DNA from: Deltaproteobacteria bacterium
GTDB taxonomy: Bacteria > Bdellovibrionota_C > UBA2361 > JANWWW01
Direction: 5' to 3'
Assembly (NCBI GenBank): GCA_025055295.1
Contig: JANWWW010000002.1
Location: 1 to 55,454 of the forward strand
DNA length: 55,454 nt
Positions within the stretch are counted from its first letter, which is position 1. Each line of letters starts with the position of its first letter. Shown here piece after piece: positions 9,559 through 18,836 of the stretch. A program made the position numbers and the translations under genes. The notes under the pieces are model-generated. The model was not told where the DNA came from. It searched no databases and worked only from the letters and a program-made list of their open reading frames with translations.

Positions 9559-10550
9559 CTGTAGCCGTTAGGGAACTTTTTGTGCCAAGAAAAAGCAGTC
9601 TCTAAAATTGTATCAATCCCAAAGCGAGGTTGCCATCCCATGACGGATTTAATTTTGGAAATGTCCGCAACAAGATAGGGCATATCGCCATCTCGTGGAT
9701 TTGATATTGAAATGTTTAATTCACGATTTAAAATTTTTTGAAAACACTTTAAGATTTCCAGCAGCGAATAACCACAACCTGAGCCAACGTTAAAACATGA
9801 AAAATTGTTGTCGGTACCAACCAAATAATCAACGGCTTTGACATGAGCATCAGCCAGGTCAAGAACATGAATAAAATCCCTAACGCATGTTCCATCTTTA
9901 GTTGGCCAGTTGTCTCCGTAAATCGAGAAATCCTTTAAAATACCCAAGGCATATAAGCAAAGACTTGGAATAAAATGCGTCTCCGGGTGATGGTCCTCTC
10001 CATGCGTGCCTTCTAGATCAGCACCGGCGGCGTTGAAATACCTCAAGCAAACAACTCTGAGTTCCTTGAGTTCACAGTACCGCAAAAGAACATCTTCAGC
10101 CGCTAGTTTGGTCACTCCATAAACATTCACTGGCTTTTTATCGCATTCTTCGTTAAGTGGAAAATTTTGAGGCTCGTAAACAGCGGCGGAGCTTGAGTAA
10201 ACGATAAAAGCTTTTTGAGGTAGGATTTCCAAAAAGTTTATCAACTTAAAAACATTCTCGTTCCAATAAAGCCAAGGATTCTTCATGGACTCCTCAACGT
10301 TGATTTTTCCAGCAAACAAGAAAAATACGTCAAATCCAGATAAAAGATCAGATGTTACACTTGTCAAGTCACCATAATCACCCCATATGAAATCGCAACC
10401 ATTGGGTATAGCTCCTCGATGTCCGGTCGAAAGATTGTCCAAAATCGCAACTTGGAAACCTTTATTTAAAAGCTCCCGCGCGGTGAACGAGCCAATATAA
10501 CCCGCTCCCCCGACGCAAAGCGCTCTTAATTTTTTATTTTTAACATTCAT
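9552..10550 (-). CDS. galE: UDP-glucose 4-epimerase
   Basis: GGAGYIGS, DNLSTGH, FAG...VEES, SSSAAVY, YGVTK, LRYFNAAGA, GEDH.PETH, RDFIHV.DLA. Start set at ATG 10550; the track start 10616 overlaps pyrH. Confidence 0.96.
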   Translation of the reverse strand: MNVKNKKLRALCVGGAGYIGSFTARELLNKGFQVAILDNLSTGHRGAIPNGCDFIWGDYGDLTSVTSDLLSGFDVFFLFAGKINVEESMKNPWLYWNENVFKLINFLEILPQKAFIVYSSSAAVYEPQNFPLNEECDKKPVNVYGVTKLAAEDVLLRYCELKELRVVCLRYFNAAGADLEGTHGEDHHPETHFIPSLCLYALGILKDFSIYGDNWPTKDGTCVRDFIHVLDLADAHVKAVDYLVGTDNNFSCFNVGSGCGYSLLEILKCFQKILNRELNISISNPRDGDMPYLVADISKIKSVMGWQPRFGIDTILETAFSWHKKFPNGYRC

Positions 10551-10562
10551 TAGGAAAGTTTT

Positions 10563-10572
10563 ATTGTATAAT
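10563..10572. promoter_or_regulatory. Overlapping divergent -10 hexamers between galE and pyrH
   Basis: ATTGTATAAT contains TATAAT on + (10567-10572) and TACAAT on - (10568-10563), sharing 2 bp. Confidence 0.45.
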
Positions 10573-10593
10573 GATTTGGAAAGTTTTCCGAGT

Positions 10594-11298
10594 GTGAAAC
10601 CAAAGAGAATCCTCATAAAGCTTTCCGGAGAGCTTCTTAAAGGTGAAACAGAGTTTGGTTACGACCATGAATTCATTGACGCGTTGTGCGACGAAATTGC
10701 AAAAGCACACGAGACAAATCCGGAAATTGCCATAGTCGTGGGGGGTGGCAACATTCTTAGGGGCCATCAAATTGAAAGTTTTGGAGTTGATAGAGCCACA
10801 GCTGACTACATGGGTATGCTTGCAACAATCATGAACGGCCTCTTGCTTCAAAGCGTTTTGGAAAAGAAGGGCTTGTATACGCGAGTAATGTCGGCTATTG
10901 AAGTGAATCGTATTTGCGAACAGTACATCAGGCGGAGAGCTATTAGGCATCTAGAGAAAAAGAGAGTCGTTATTTTCGTTGGAGGTACTGGCAATCCGTT
11001 TTTCACAACTGACACGGCAGCAACTCTTAGAGCTGCTGAAATAGGCGCAGATATAGTAATAAAAGGCACCAAGGTTGATGGCATTTTTACTGCCGACCCT
11101 GAAAAAGAAATGGCTCAAAAACTTGATCAGGTTTCGTACTTGGACTGCGTTAAACAAGGACTAAGAGTGATGGATTTGACTGCAGTTACTCTTAGCATGG
11201 ACTATAGTATCCCGATTGTTGTTCTGAACTTAAAGGAGCGAGGGAATCTCCTTAAGTTTTTAAAGGGAGAGAAAATCGGAAGTTTAATATCGTCTTAG
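10594..11298 (+). CDS. pyrH: Uridylate kinase
   Basis: KRILIKLSGE, VVGGGNILRG, ADYMGMLAT, GGTGNPFFTTDTAA.LRA.EI. GTG 10594 is preferred over TTG 10564. Confidence 0.97.
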   Translation: MKPKRILIKLSGELLKGETEFGYDHEFIDALCDEIAKAHETNPEIAIVVGGGNILRGHQIESFGVDRATADYMGMLATIMNGLLLQSVLEKKGLYTRVMSAIEVNRICEQYIRRRAIRHLEKKRVVIFVGGTGNPFFTTDTAATLRAAEIGADIVIKGTKVDGIFTADPEKEMAQKLDQVSYLDCVKQGLRVMDLTAVTLSMDYSIPIVVLNLKERGNLLKFLKGEKIGSLISS

Positions 11299-11370
11299 AT
11301 TTAAAATCCTCCTCATTCAAGGGCTTTTCTTGAATAAGAATGAGACGTTTATTAAGATTTAAAAGTTTGT

Positions 11371-11916
11371 ATGGAGAGCGATGCAATCAAAAATCTGAAG
11401 CAGAAATGTCTTAGAGCAGAAGAGCATTTGGTGTCGACTCTAAAAAAATTAAGGACTGGAAGAGCTAATTCCAGTCTGATTGAGGACATTTTCGTCAATT
11501 ATTATGGAGTGCAAACTCCTTTAAAACAAATTGCTCATATCAGTGTGCTTGACGCCAGAACTTTAAGCGTTCAGGTTTTCGATGCTCAGGTCGCTCCTGA
11601 AGTCGACAATGCGCTAAGGGCTAGCAATCTTGGCCTAAATCCCCAACGTGAGGGCTCTGTCATTAGAATTCCTTTGCCTCCTATGACAGAAGAAAGAAGA
11701 AAGGAATTGATAAAAAAAGCGGCTCAGATAGTCGAGGAAATAAAAGTGGAAATTCGAAGATTTAGAAAAGAAGCGCTAGATGAAATAAGACAAGCTATTG
11801 CGGCCGAGGATGAAAGAAAAAGGCTTGAAAAGGAGGTGCAAAAAATAATTGATGAATTTGAAAACAGGTTTGAGGAAAAATTGAAACAAAAGGAAAAGGA
11901 GATACTTGAGGTATGA
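11371..11916 (+). CDS. frr: Ribosome recycling factor
   Basis: LRTGRAN, YYG..TPLKQIA, LGLNP, P..TEERRKEL; pyrH-frr synteny. Confidence 0.97.
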   Translation: MESDAIKNLKQKCLRAEEHLVSTLKKLRTGRANSSLIEDIFVNYYGVQTPLKQIAHISVLDARTLSVQVFDAQVAPEVDNALRASNLGLNPQREGSVIRIPLPPMTEERRKELIKKAAQIVEEIKVEIRRFRKEALDEIRQAIAAEDERKRLEKEVQKIIDEFENRFEEKLKQKEKEILEV

Positions 11917-12674
11917 TCCAGCCCTCTCATGTTGGTATCATAATGGATGGCAATGGTCGCTGGGCTACTGCGCGAGGGCTTCCAAGATATGAGGGTCACA
12001 GGGAAGGCTTAAAGACCCTTAAGAAAACCGTAGAAACAGCTATCAATCGAGGTTTGAAACACTTATCTTTGTTCACTTTTTCCACGGAAAATTTTTTTAG
12101 ACCCAAAGAAGAAGTGGATTTTTTAATGTTTTTATTTAGACAAGCTTTCAAGGATTATATCGGTGAAGCCATAGAAAAAGGCATAAGAGTGAAAATAGTC
12201 GGTAATACTAAATTGCTTCCGAATGACATTCAGGATTTGTGCGATGAAGCGGTTCAAAAGACAAAACATAATTCTCAAATAACTGTATATTTTGCGATTG
12301 CCTATGGAGGTAGGAGGGAAATACTCGATGCGATCGAGAAAATTTTGCAGACTGCCAAACCAGAAGCTATTACAGAAGAGTGGTTTAAATCTTTCTTATA
12401 CTGTCCTGACATGCCCGATGTGGATCTGTTAATTCGCACGGGTCAGGAATTCAGAATATCTAATTTTCTTTTGTGGCACCTGGCTTACTCGGAAATTTAC
12501 TTTTGTGACAAATTTTGGCCTGACTTTACCGAGGTTGACTTTACGCTGGCTATGGAATTTTTTTCTTCGAGACAACGAAGGTTTGGAAGAACACCGGAGC
12601 AAGCTGGAAACAAATTTGAAATCACCAAGTGTAACAATATTATAAATTCAAACCTTCAATCCGAAACCGCGTAG
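11913..12674 (+). CDS. uppS: Undecaprenyl diphosphate synthase
   Basis: HVGIIMDGNGRWA, FSTENF.RP..EV, YGGR.EI, PDVDLLIRTG.E.RISNFLLW, RRFG. Confidence 0.97.
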   Translation: MIQPSHVGIIMDGNGRWATARGLPRYEGHREGLKTLKKTVETAINRGLKHLSLFTFSTENFFRPKEEVDFLMFLFRQAFKDYIGEAIEKGIRVKIVGNTKLLPNDIQDLCDEAVQKTKHNSQITVYFAIAYGGRREILDAIEKILQTAKPEAITEEWFKSFLYCPDMPDVDLLIRTGQEFRISNFLLWHLAYSEIYFCDKFWPDFTEVDFTLAMEFFSSRQRRFGRTPEQAGNKFEITKCNNIINSNLQSETA

Positions 12675-12682
12675 AAATTAAA

Positions 12683-13408
12683 GTGCTTCATCGAACTTTG
12701 GTCGGGTTATTGCTTATTCTTGGGTTAAGTTTTTTGTGTTTTCTGAGGCAAATTCTACCTGACTACCTCAACTCGGTCACTTTCTCTGTAATCATACCGT
12801 CAGCAGGAATAATCGCATCATATTTGGAATTGAAAAAATTTGGCCTAGGTTTATTTGAGGCAGTTTTGGATTTTGGAGTATGTTTCGCTTTAATTGTGTT
12901 TCTGCCGCATTTAGCTTTGGTCTTTTTAGGCGTAACATTTATTTTTGGTTTTACATTTAGTGGAAACATAAAATTCTTATTGTTAAACCTGTTTTCCTTT
13001 TCGAGTTTGGGTTTTGTAAGTCTTGGGTCTTTGTTTTTTCTCACAGCTCGCGATTTTGAAATATTAATGGTTATATTGGGCGCGGTTGTTTTTGATACAT
13101 TCAGTTATTTTGGTGGAAAAATTTTTGGTCGTAATCAACTTGTTCCTTCCATATCACCGAATAAAACAGCAGAAGGTTTCTTGTTTGGGTGTTTGGGTCA
13201 TTTTATATTTGTCTACATGTATGGTCAACAAAATTGGTTTTTATTCGGTGCAACCGCAGTTTACTTTTTTAGTGATCTTTTGAAAAGCAAGGTGAAACGC
13301 GCACTTGGCATAAAAGATTTCGGTAAAATACTTTATGAGCATGGAGGTATCCTTGATCGATTTGACACTCATTTAGGTGGTTTTATATTTTTAAGAGGGT
13401 TTGTGTAG
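12683..13408 (+). CDS. cdsA: Phosphatidate cytidylyltransferase
   Basis: DTFSYFGGKIFG, ISPNKTAEG, KRALGIKDFG.I...HGGILDRFD. Confidence 0.92.
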   Translation: MLHRTLVGLLLILGLSFLCFLRQILPDYLNSVTFSVIIPSAGIIASYLELKKFGLGLFEAVLDFGVCFALIVFLPHLALVFLGVTFIFGFTFSGNIKFLLLNLFSFSSLGFVSLGSLFFLTARDFEILMVILGAVVFDTFSYFGGKIFGRNQLVPSISPNKTAEGFLFGCLGHFIFVYMYGQQNWFLFGATAVYFFSDLLKSKVKRALGIKDFGKILYEHGGILDRFDTHLGGFIFLRGFV

Positions 13409-13418
13409 ATTTAGAAAC

Positions 13419-14477
13419 ATGACGGTACTATACGGTCTTATCGTATTAGGGATTTTGATAATTATTCACGAATTAGGTCACTTCATAGCGGCAAGGTTAA
13501 CACGCGTGCATGTTTTTGAATTTGCTGTAGGATTTGGGGCAAAACTGTATTCTTTCAGAATTGGGGAAACAGAGTTCAGTATACGCGCGATACCTTTGGG
13601 AGGCTTTGTATCTCTTGCAGGCCTTGATGAAACAGACAAATTTACCGATCCCGAACGAAGCTACATGAATAAGAGTCTCATTCAGAAAGTTTTTATTATT
13701 CTAGCTGGACCTATGGCAAACTTTCTCTCCGCATTTTTATTTTTGTGGATTGCTGTTTTCTTCTATGGAACGGAAGTTCCTGATCCCAGACCAGTGGTAG
13801 GTGATGTGCTGTCTCACAGCCCTGCTCAGAAGGCTGGCTTCAGGTCAGGAGATTACATTCTCAAAGTAAATGACAAGAACATAACAACCTTTGCCGAAAT
13901 AGCTGAAATAATTCAAAGAAGCGAAGGACCGGTAAAATTTGAGATCCAAAGAATGAATGAAGTTTTAACCATAAGCGTTGTCCCAGAATATGAGTCTCAA
14001 ACTGAAGCTTTCTTGCGAAACGACCAAGTCACAAGGAAACTAGTGGGCTTGATAGCAAGATTTGATTACGAACCCGTCACACTCTATGAAGCTTGTGTAA
14101 TCTCGGCAGAGAGAACTGTTTCAACAAGTGGGACTATATTGAAGGTAGTCTGGGGATTGTTAACGGGTAAAATTTCAAAAAAAGAGCTTGCTGGCCCAGT
14201 ATTAATAATTTCTGAAGCTGGCACAAATGTTAAAAAAGGCTTTAAATCTTTACTGATGTTTATGTTTATTCTAAGCGTCAATCTGGCCTTGTTAAACCTT
14301 TTACCCATTCCAATTCTAGATGGTGGTCACCTCGCAATACTCTTAATCGAAGGATTGATAGGAAGACCTGTTCCAGTAGGTGTCAAAAATTTTATCAATT
14401 ACATAGGTTTTGCCTTTCTTGCTATTCTAACGATTCTCGTTTTAAAAAATGATATTAAAAGACTTTTGTTTGGTTAA
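13419..14477 (+). CDS. rseP: RIP metalloprotease RseP (site-2 protease with PDZ domain)
   Basis: HELGHF, PLGGFV, AGP.ANF, PDZ segment SPA..AG...GD, NLLPIP.LDGG. ATG 13419 preferred. Confidence 0.95.
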   Translation: MTVLYGLIVLGILIIIHELGHFIAARLTRVHVFEFAVGFGAKLYSFRIGETEFSIRAIPLGGFVSLAGLDETDKFTDPERSYMNKSLIQKVFIILAGPMANFLSAFLFLWIAVFFYGTEVPDPRPVVGDVLSHSPAQKAGFRSGDYILKVNDKNITTFAEIAEIIQRSEGPVKFEIQRMNEVLTISVVPEYESQTEAFLRNDQVTRKLVGLIARFDYEPVTLYEACVISAERTVSTSGTILKVVWGLLTGKISKKELAGPVLIISEAGTNVKKGFKSLLMFMFILSVNLALLNLLPIPILDGGHLAILLIEGLIGRPVPVGVKNFINYIGFAFLAILTILVLKNDIKRLLFG

Positions 14478-14742
14478 ATTAGGTTAGGGGTTATTACAGC
14501 TTTAATTTGTAATCAAAGCATGAAATAAATGATTTGAGTTACATTTACGCTTTTGGAAAGTTATTCATTACCTTCCGTGATTATCTCAACTAATTCTATC
14601 GATGAACGATATAAGATGAGATTTATCGTTTATTAATCATTAAAAAACAAATTCAACTGTAATGTTTTGTTACGCTTTGAATTGTGTTAACTTTTAGCGG
14701 ATTACTTTTTTGATTTATGTGATTTGAATTTGCTTTAAACGA

Positions 14743-16317
14743 TTGATTAATTCATGTGCTGTGAATGAGGTAGCTGGCAAAAGTGGCTTACATTATTGGT
14801 TGGTTTTTTGTTGTGTAGTTTTCGTAGCATGGAGGGTTTTGTGTTTCGGCACTCCAACATTTTCAATTTACCAGCTGCGTGTGTTGTTTATCCTGATAGT
14901 GTTAATCACCTTATTCAACCGATACAGCCCGGTCGAAAATTTTCTTGTCATTTTTATTTTTTCCTACTTGCTTGTTAGTGTGCCAGTGTTTTCCATGGTT
15001 AAACTTGAACTAGGAGAGCAGGGGACTGATTTTGCTCTTTTTTGCCATCTTTTCTGGAATGTGTCAACGGGGGAGGGATTGGTCTCCACGATTCATCAAC
15101 CTTCAAGAATGGAGTATTTAAAACACCACTTTTCTCCAGCGCTTTTTGCTCTGGGATGGATTGCAAACTTTTTCTCAAGCCCTGAGTTTTTTACATTGAC
15201 ATTAAACACGACCTTGATTCCTTTAAACTTTCTATTGGTATATCGACTTTTCAAAAATTACGACGTTAACAATCTTGTCGCAGGAGGATTACTTTGCTAT
15301 CTGTATCTTTTAGCGCCCGTAAGAAACCATCTTTACTATGACTTTAGGGAAGAGATCCTTGGGCTTCCTCTTGTGCTCACTTCACTCTTATTTATCGCTA
15401 GATCAAAAACTATCTCATCACTTTGTGCTATCGGTCTCTTTTTCATCAAAGAGAATTTAGCTTTTATCGGCGGAGTGATTCACTTAATTTTAGGACTAAC
15501 AGAAAAATCTCTCAAATTGAAATTTTTTTTCTTGGTTGTTTCTGTTAGCGCAATATTTTTCCCTTACTTTTATGGGATTGTTCAGAAAACAATTCTTAAC
15601 CATCCTTCATTCTTTGACTTGAGAACGCAAAATTTTTTGTCTGAAAGCTGGTTTTTTCTTAAACTGGATTTTTTTGAGAAATTTTTACAGTCCATTTGGA
15701 TCTTCCTTCCAGTAATATTTAACATGTGGAACAGCGCACATAATATAAAACATATTTTACTATTTTTATTTATATGTTCTTTAATTCCATCCGTTTTTAC
15801 AAGCCACGAGTATCTAGGACGTTTTTATTCATATTACGGGCTGTATCCGTCAGTTTTTTTTGTACTATTGTTGGGTGTTATTTTTGCTCGGGTTAGGCAT
15901 AGAAATATATGCTCTTTGGTTATTTTAACGGTGGCGTGTGTCTTTGCTTCGTACGTGAGTCCAAGAGAAAACTTGTGGGCGTATCTTCAGGAATATTTTT
16001 CTTCATCAAAAAATCCTAGAGATTTAGTATTTGATGTTACACGAAAGAAAGATACAGCAAATAACGAGGACAAGGATTTAGTGCTGGCAACATTTAGAGC
16101 TTTAAGTCTAGTGTGTTCTGTGAACAATCTGAGCAGACTCAGTTTTTTCCAAAAAAGTCCCAACAAGGCATGGCTTATAATTGTTGATCGACGTGATATA
16201 GGTTATCCAGATGAAAGGAGAATGGCCAAGTGGATTGAGAAAATTACGAAGACTCATGAGTTGGTTGGTCAGAGCAGGCATACCTTAGTCTTTACCCGCA
16301 AAAATTCGGGCTCTTAA
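14743..16317 (+). CDS. DUF2079-like membrane protein (predicted GT-C glycosyltransferase)
   Basis: DFALF..LFWN...G...ST.....Y..HHFSP, YDFREE, IKEN motifs and multiple TM segments. The start may be a few codons downstream. Confidence 0.72.
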   Translation: MINSCAVNEVAGKSGLHYWLVFCCVVFVAWRVLCFGTPTFSIYQLRVLFILIVLITLFNRYSPVENFLVIFIFSYLLVSVPVFSMVKLELGEQGTDFALFCHLFWNVSTGEGLVSTIHQPSRMEYLKHHFSPALFALGWIANFFSSPEFFTLTLNTTLIPLNFLLVYRLFKNYDVNNLVAGGLLCYLYLLAPVRNHLYYDFREEILGLPLVLTSLLFIARSKTISSLCAIGLFFIKENLAFIGGVIHLILGLTEKSLKLKFFFLVVSVSAIFFPYFYGIVQKTILNHPSFFDLRTQNFLSESWFFLKLDFFEKFLQSIWIFLPVIFNMWNSAHNIKHILLFLFICSLIPSVFTSHEYLGRFYSYYGLYPSVFFVLLLGVIFARVRHRNICSLVILTVACVFASYVSPRENLWAYLQEYFSSSKNPRDLVFDVTRKKDTANNEDKDLVLATFRALSLVCSVNNLSRLSFFQKSPNKAWLIIVDRRDIGYPDERRMAKWIEKITKTHELVGQSRHTLVFTRKNSGS

Positions 16318-16443
16318 GGCAGTTTAAGAAATTTTCATGGTAAAAAACTGCACTAGAATTTAACTTCTAGTTTAAGTTATATAAAAAAAAGCTTAAGTAA
16401 TTAATCGTTCAAACCGAACTAATAAATTGCTATTAAATTTCCA

Positions 16444-16986
16444 GTGAAATTGTTTTTACTTGGGTTTGTTTTAGTAGCCACGCTACAGTCCGAATACGCT
16501 TGTGTCGATTTGAGGACAAAAATACTTAAAGAATTCACCGGCACTTGCCCACGAGGTCATCTGAAAAGAAGAATAGCGCCCGCGCATATGAAAACCGTGC
16601 TTGAAGGGAAACTTAAGAATTGTCCTGACGAAGGCGAATTTATATGTTTTTTTCCTATAGGTCTTGTAGACCCTGAGACCGGAGGCTATCCAGGGTACCC
16701 ATTTGAAAATATATCGATGGCGAACTTCCGTGGATGTAAAAAATTCGAGCTATTCGCTAAAGTGCCATCTACGATTGGCAACAATGAATGGATAAAGCTT
16801 TATATAAGCAACGAAGTTGGACAACATTTAATACCTAATGATGATGGATGCGAACTCAAAGACCCGCATCTTAAATGTTCATATTCGTTTACGGTTTCAG
16901 AAGCCCCAGACTTGATAAGTATTTGTGCCCGTAAATCTGAAAATGCCTTTTGGCAAAAGATATGGTGGGAACTTCGGTGTAAGTAA
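16444..16986 (+). CDS. Hypothetical secreted cysteine-rich protein
   Basis: Signal-peptide-like N-terminus MKLFLLGFVLVATLQSEYA and 9 Cys in 180 aa. Confidence 0.65.
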   Translation: MKLFLLGFVLVATLQSEYACVDLRTKILKEFTGTCPRGHLKRRIAPAHMKTVLEGKLKNCPDEGEFICFFPIGLVDPETGGYPGYPFENISMANFRGCKKFELFAKVPSTIGNNEWIKLYISNEVGQHLIPNDDGCELKDPHLKCSYSFTVSEAPDLISICARKSENAFWQKIWWELRCK

Positions 16987-17578
16987 ATAAAATTAACTCG
17001 CAGTTACTCGATAGCTTTTTTGAGCAATTAATATCTAAGGGTTTTAGCATAGTATTATTTGTTGTTAAGAGGATTAGAACAATGTTACGTTATGACTAAT
17101 TTAACGATTTGTAAATGGATAAGTAAATATTTCTTCTTAGCACCCGCCGGTGACATCTAATTTTCATGGTCAGCAAACTCACACGATCACAATTGTTTTA
17201 GGCTAACAAACGGGCTCTAATTTGTAATTTTAGCCTGTTTTACATAAAAGGTAATCTGTTTTGTTCTCTTTGCCCAATTGACCAGTGAAATTAAAAGAGC
17301 CAGGATATTCGCCAACCTCAAATACCAACAAACCTGCCTCACCATGGAGCTTTCTTTCGGCAGTGTTTATCAAGTGTTTCCCAGGGTGTCAACTTTCTTG
17401 CTTGGAAATTTCTACAAGTCAACTAAAAAATCATGAGAAGCTATTTTAAGCAAAAAAAATCGTTGCCTTCCACTTTCCTTCAAACCCCACTTCGAATGGG
17501 ACGAGACAAAGAAGAGGAACATTTAACCCACGATAAATACACGACACCAGATCATGTTCCATAAATCGAACTAGTTCT

Positions 17579-18796
17579 TTAACTAAATTTCATCTGATTT
17601 AGTGTTTTCTCTATTATGGCTAAACCAATTTCTAGGTCAGCCTCACTTACTACCAGCGGAGGCGTAAGCCTAACCGTTTTAGAGTGGCGAGTTTTGCCAA
17701 GTAAAATTCCATTCTGGAAAGCATTTTTGATGAACTCTTCTGTGTCACAATCAAGTTCTAATCCTAACATTAGACCCGTTCCTTTTACATCCGTAATCAA
17801 CGAGCTATTCAAACCTCTCAAGAATTCCTTTACTTTGTCACCCAGTCTTAAAACACGATTTTTCAATTCTTCGCCCTGACTTTTCAGATACCTCACAACT
17901 TCCAAGCCTACACGGGCTGCAAGAGGATTACCCCCAAAAGTTGAACCATGACTTCCCGGCTTCATTGGCTGAAAAATTGACCGACAACCTACAACTACTG
18001 AAATAGGCACTAATCCACCGCCTAAAGACTTTCCTAAAATTACCAAGTCCGGCTTTAGGTCAAACATATACGAAGCCAAAAGATCACCAGCTCTATATAG
18101 ACCACACTGTATTTCATCCGCGATAATTAAAATCTGGTTATCATTACAGATCTTTTTCATTGTCTGTAGAAACCTCTGATCAATCACATTGATTCCGCCT
18201 TCACCTTGTATGGGTTCAAAAAGTACTGCAACAGTATTTTGATTAACCGCTTCAAGAAACCTCTTTTCAGAGTTGAACTCACAGATTTTGAAACCAGCTG
18301 TAAACGGACCAAAATTTCTTCTGGCTTCTAGCGACGGGTCCTCTGAATAAAAACTTATTAAAGTTATTGTTCGTCCTGCAAAATTGTTGGAAAAAACAAT
18401 TATCTCTCCCCTATTCTCTGGAACACCTTTGACTTCCACACCCCAGCGTCTGGCCACCTTTATAGCGGTTTCAACCGCCTCAGCTCCTGAATTCATTGGA
18501 ATGAGCTGTTCGTAACCCAAAAGTTGGCATAATTCTTTAGCGAAAACAGGCAGGACATTATTACAAATTGCCCTGGAAGTTAGCGGTAGGATCCGAGCCT
18601 GTTCACAAAGAACATCAATAAACCTTTGGTTTTTTATGCCCCAATTTTGAGCTGAGTAAGCCGACGTGAAGTTTAGAATCCGCTGGCCGTTGTCCAAAAT
18701 ATACCAACAATCCGTTGCGTCAACGACTGCTGACTCAAAAGTATGGTAGTATGTTTCCACAACGAACTGCTTATCCAATTGGACATAATCTTCCAT
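17579..18796 (-). CDS. rocD: Ornithine aminotransferase (class III PLP)
   Basis: SAYSA.N.G, LTSRA, PMNSGAEAVETAIK.AR.WG, FEPIQGEGG, DEIQ.GL.R.G, GKSLGGG, HGSTFGGNPLA; GAGG Shine-Dalgarno upstream. Confidence 0.88.
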   Translation of the reverse strand: MEDYVQLDKQFVVETYYHTFESAVVDATDCWYILDNGQRILNFTSAYSAQNWGIKNQRFIDVLCEQARILPLTSRAICNNVLPVFAKELCQLLGYEQLIPMNSGAEAVETAIKVARRWGVEVKGVPENRGEIIVFSNNFAGRTITLISFYSEDPSLEARRNFGPFTAGFKICEFNSEKRFLEAVNQNTVAVLFEPIQGEGGINVIDQRFLQTMKKICNDNQILIIADEIQCGLYRAGDLLASYMFDLKPDLVILGKSLGGGLVPISVVVGCRSIFQPMKPGSHGSTFGGNPLAARVGLEVVRYLKSQGEELKNRVLRLGDKVKEFLRGLNSSLITDVKGTGLMLGLELDCDTEEFIKNAFQNGILLGKTRHSKTVRLTPPLVVSEADLEIGLAIIEKTLNQMKFS

Positions 18797-18836
18797 ATCT
18801 ACCCTCTTTTAAAACACCCTACCCCCTCGTATTCGA

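Noticed and set aside
11312-11346. Hairpin between pyrH and frr
   Set aside because: AU-rich stem with no U-tract inside a standard operon; no evidence of a specific function.
17481-17515. CAAACC-ccacttcgaa-TGGGACG-aga-CAAAG resembles the core of a c-di-GMP-I riboswitch
   Set aside because: Lacks the GG before CAAACC, the GNRA loop and the whole second stem; it points at no downstream gene on that strand.
16987-17578. Pseudogene-like reading-frame fragments on the minus strand downstream of rocD
   Set aside because: Fragments are under 40 codons, interrupted by stops, and match no family I can name.
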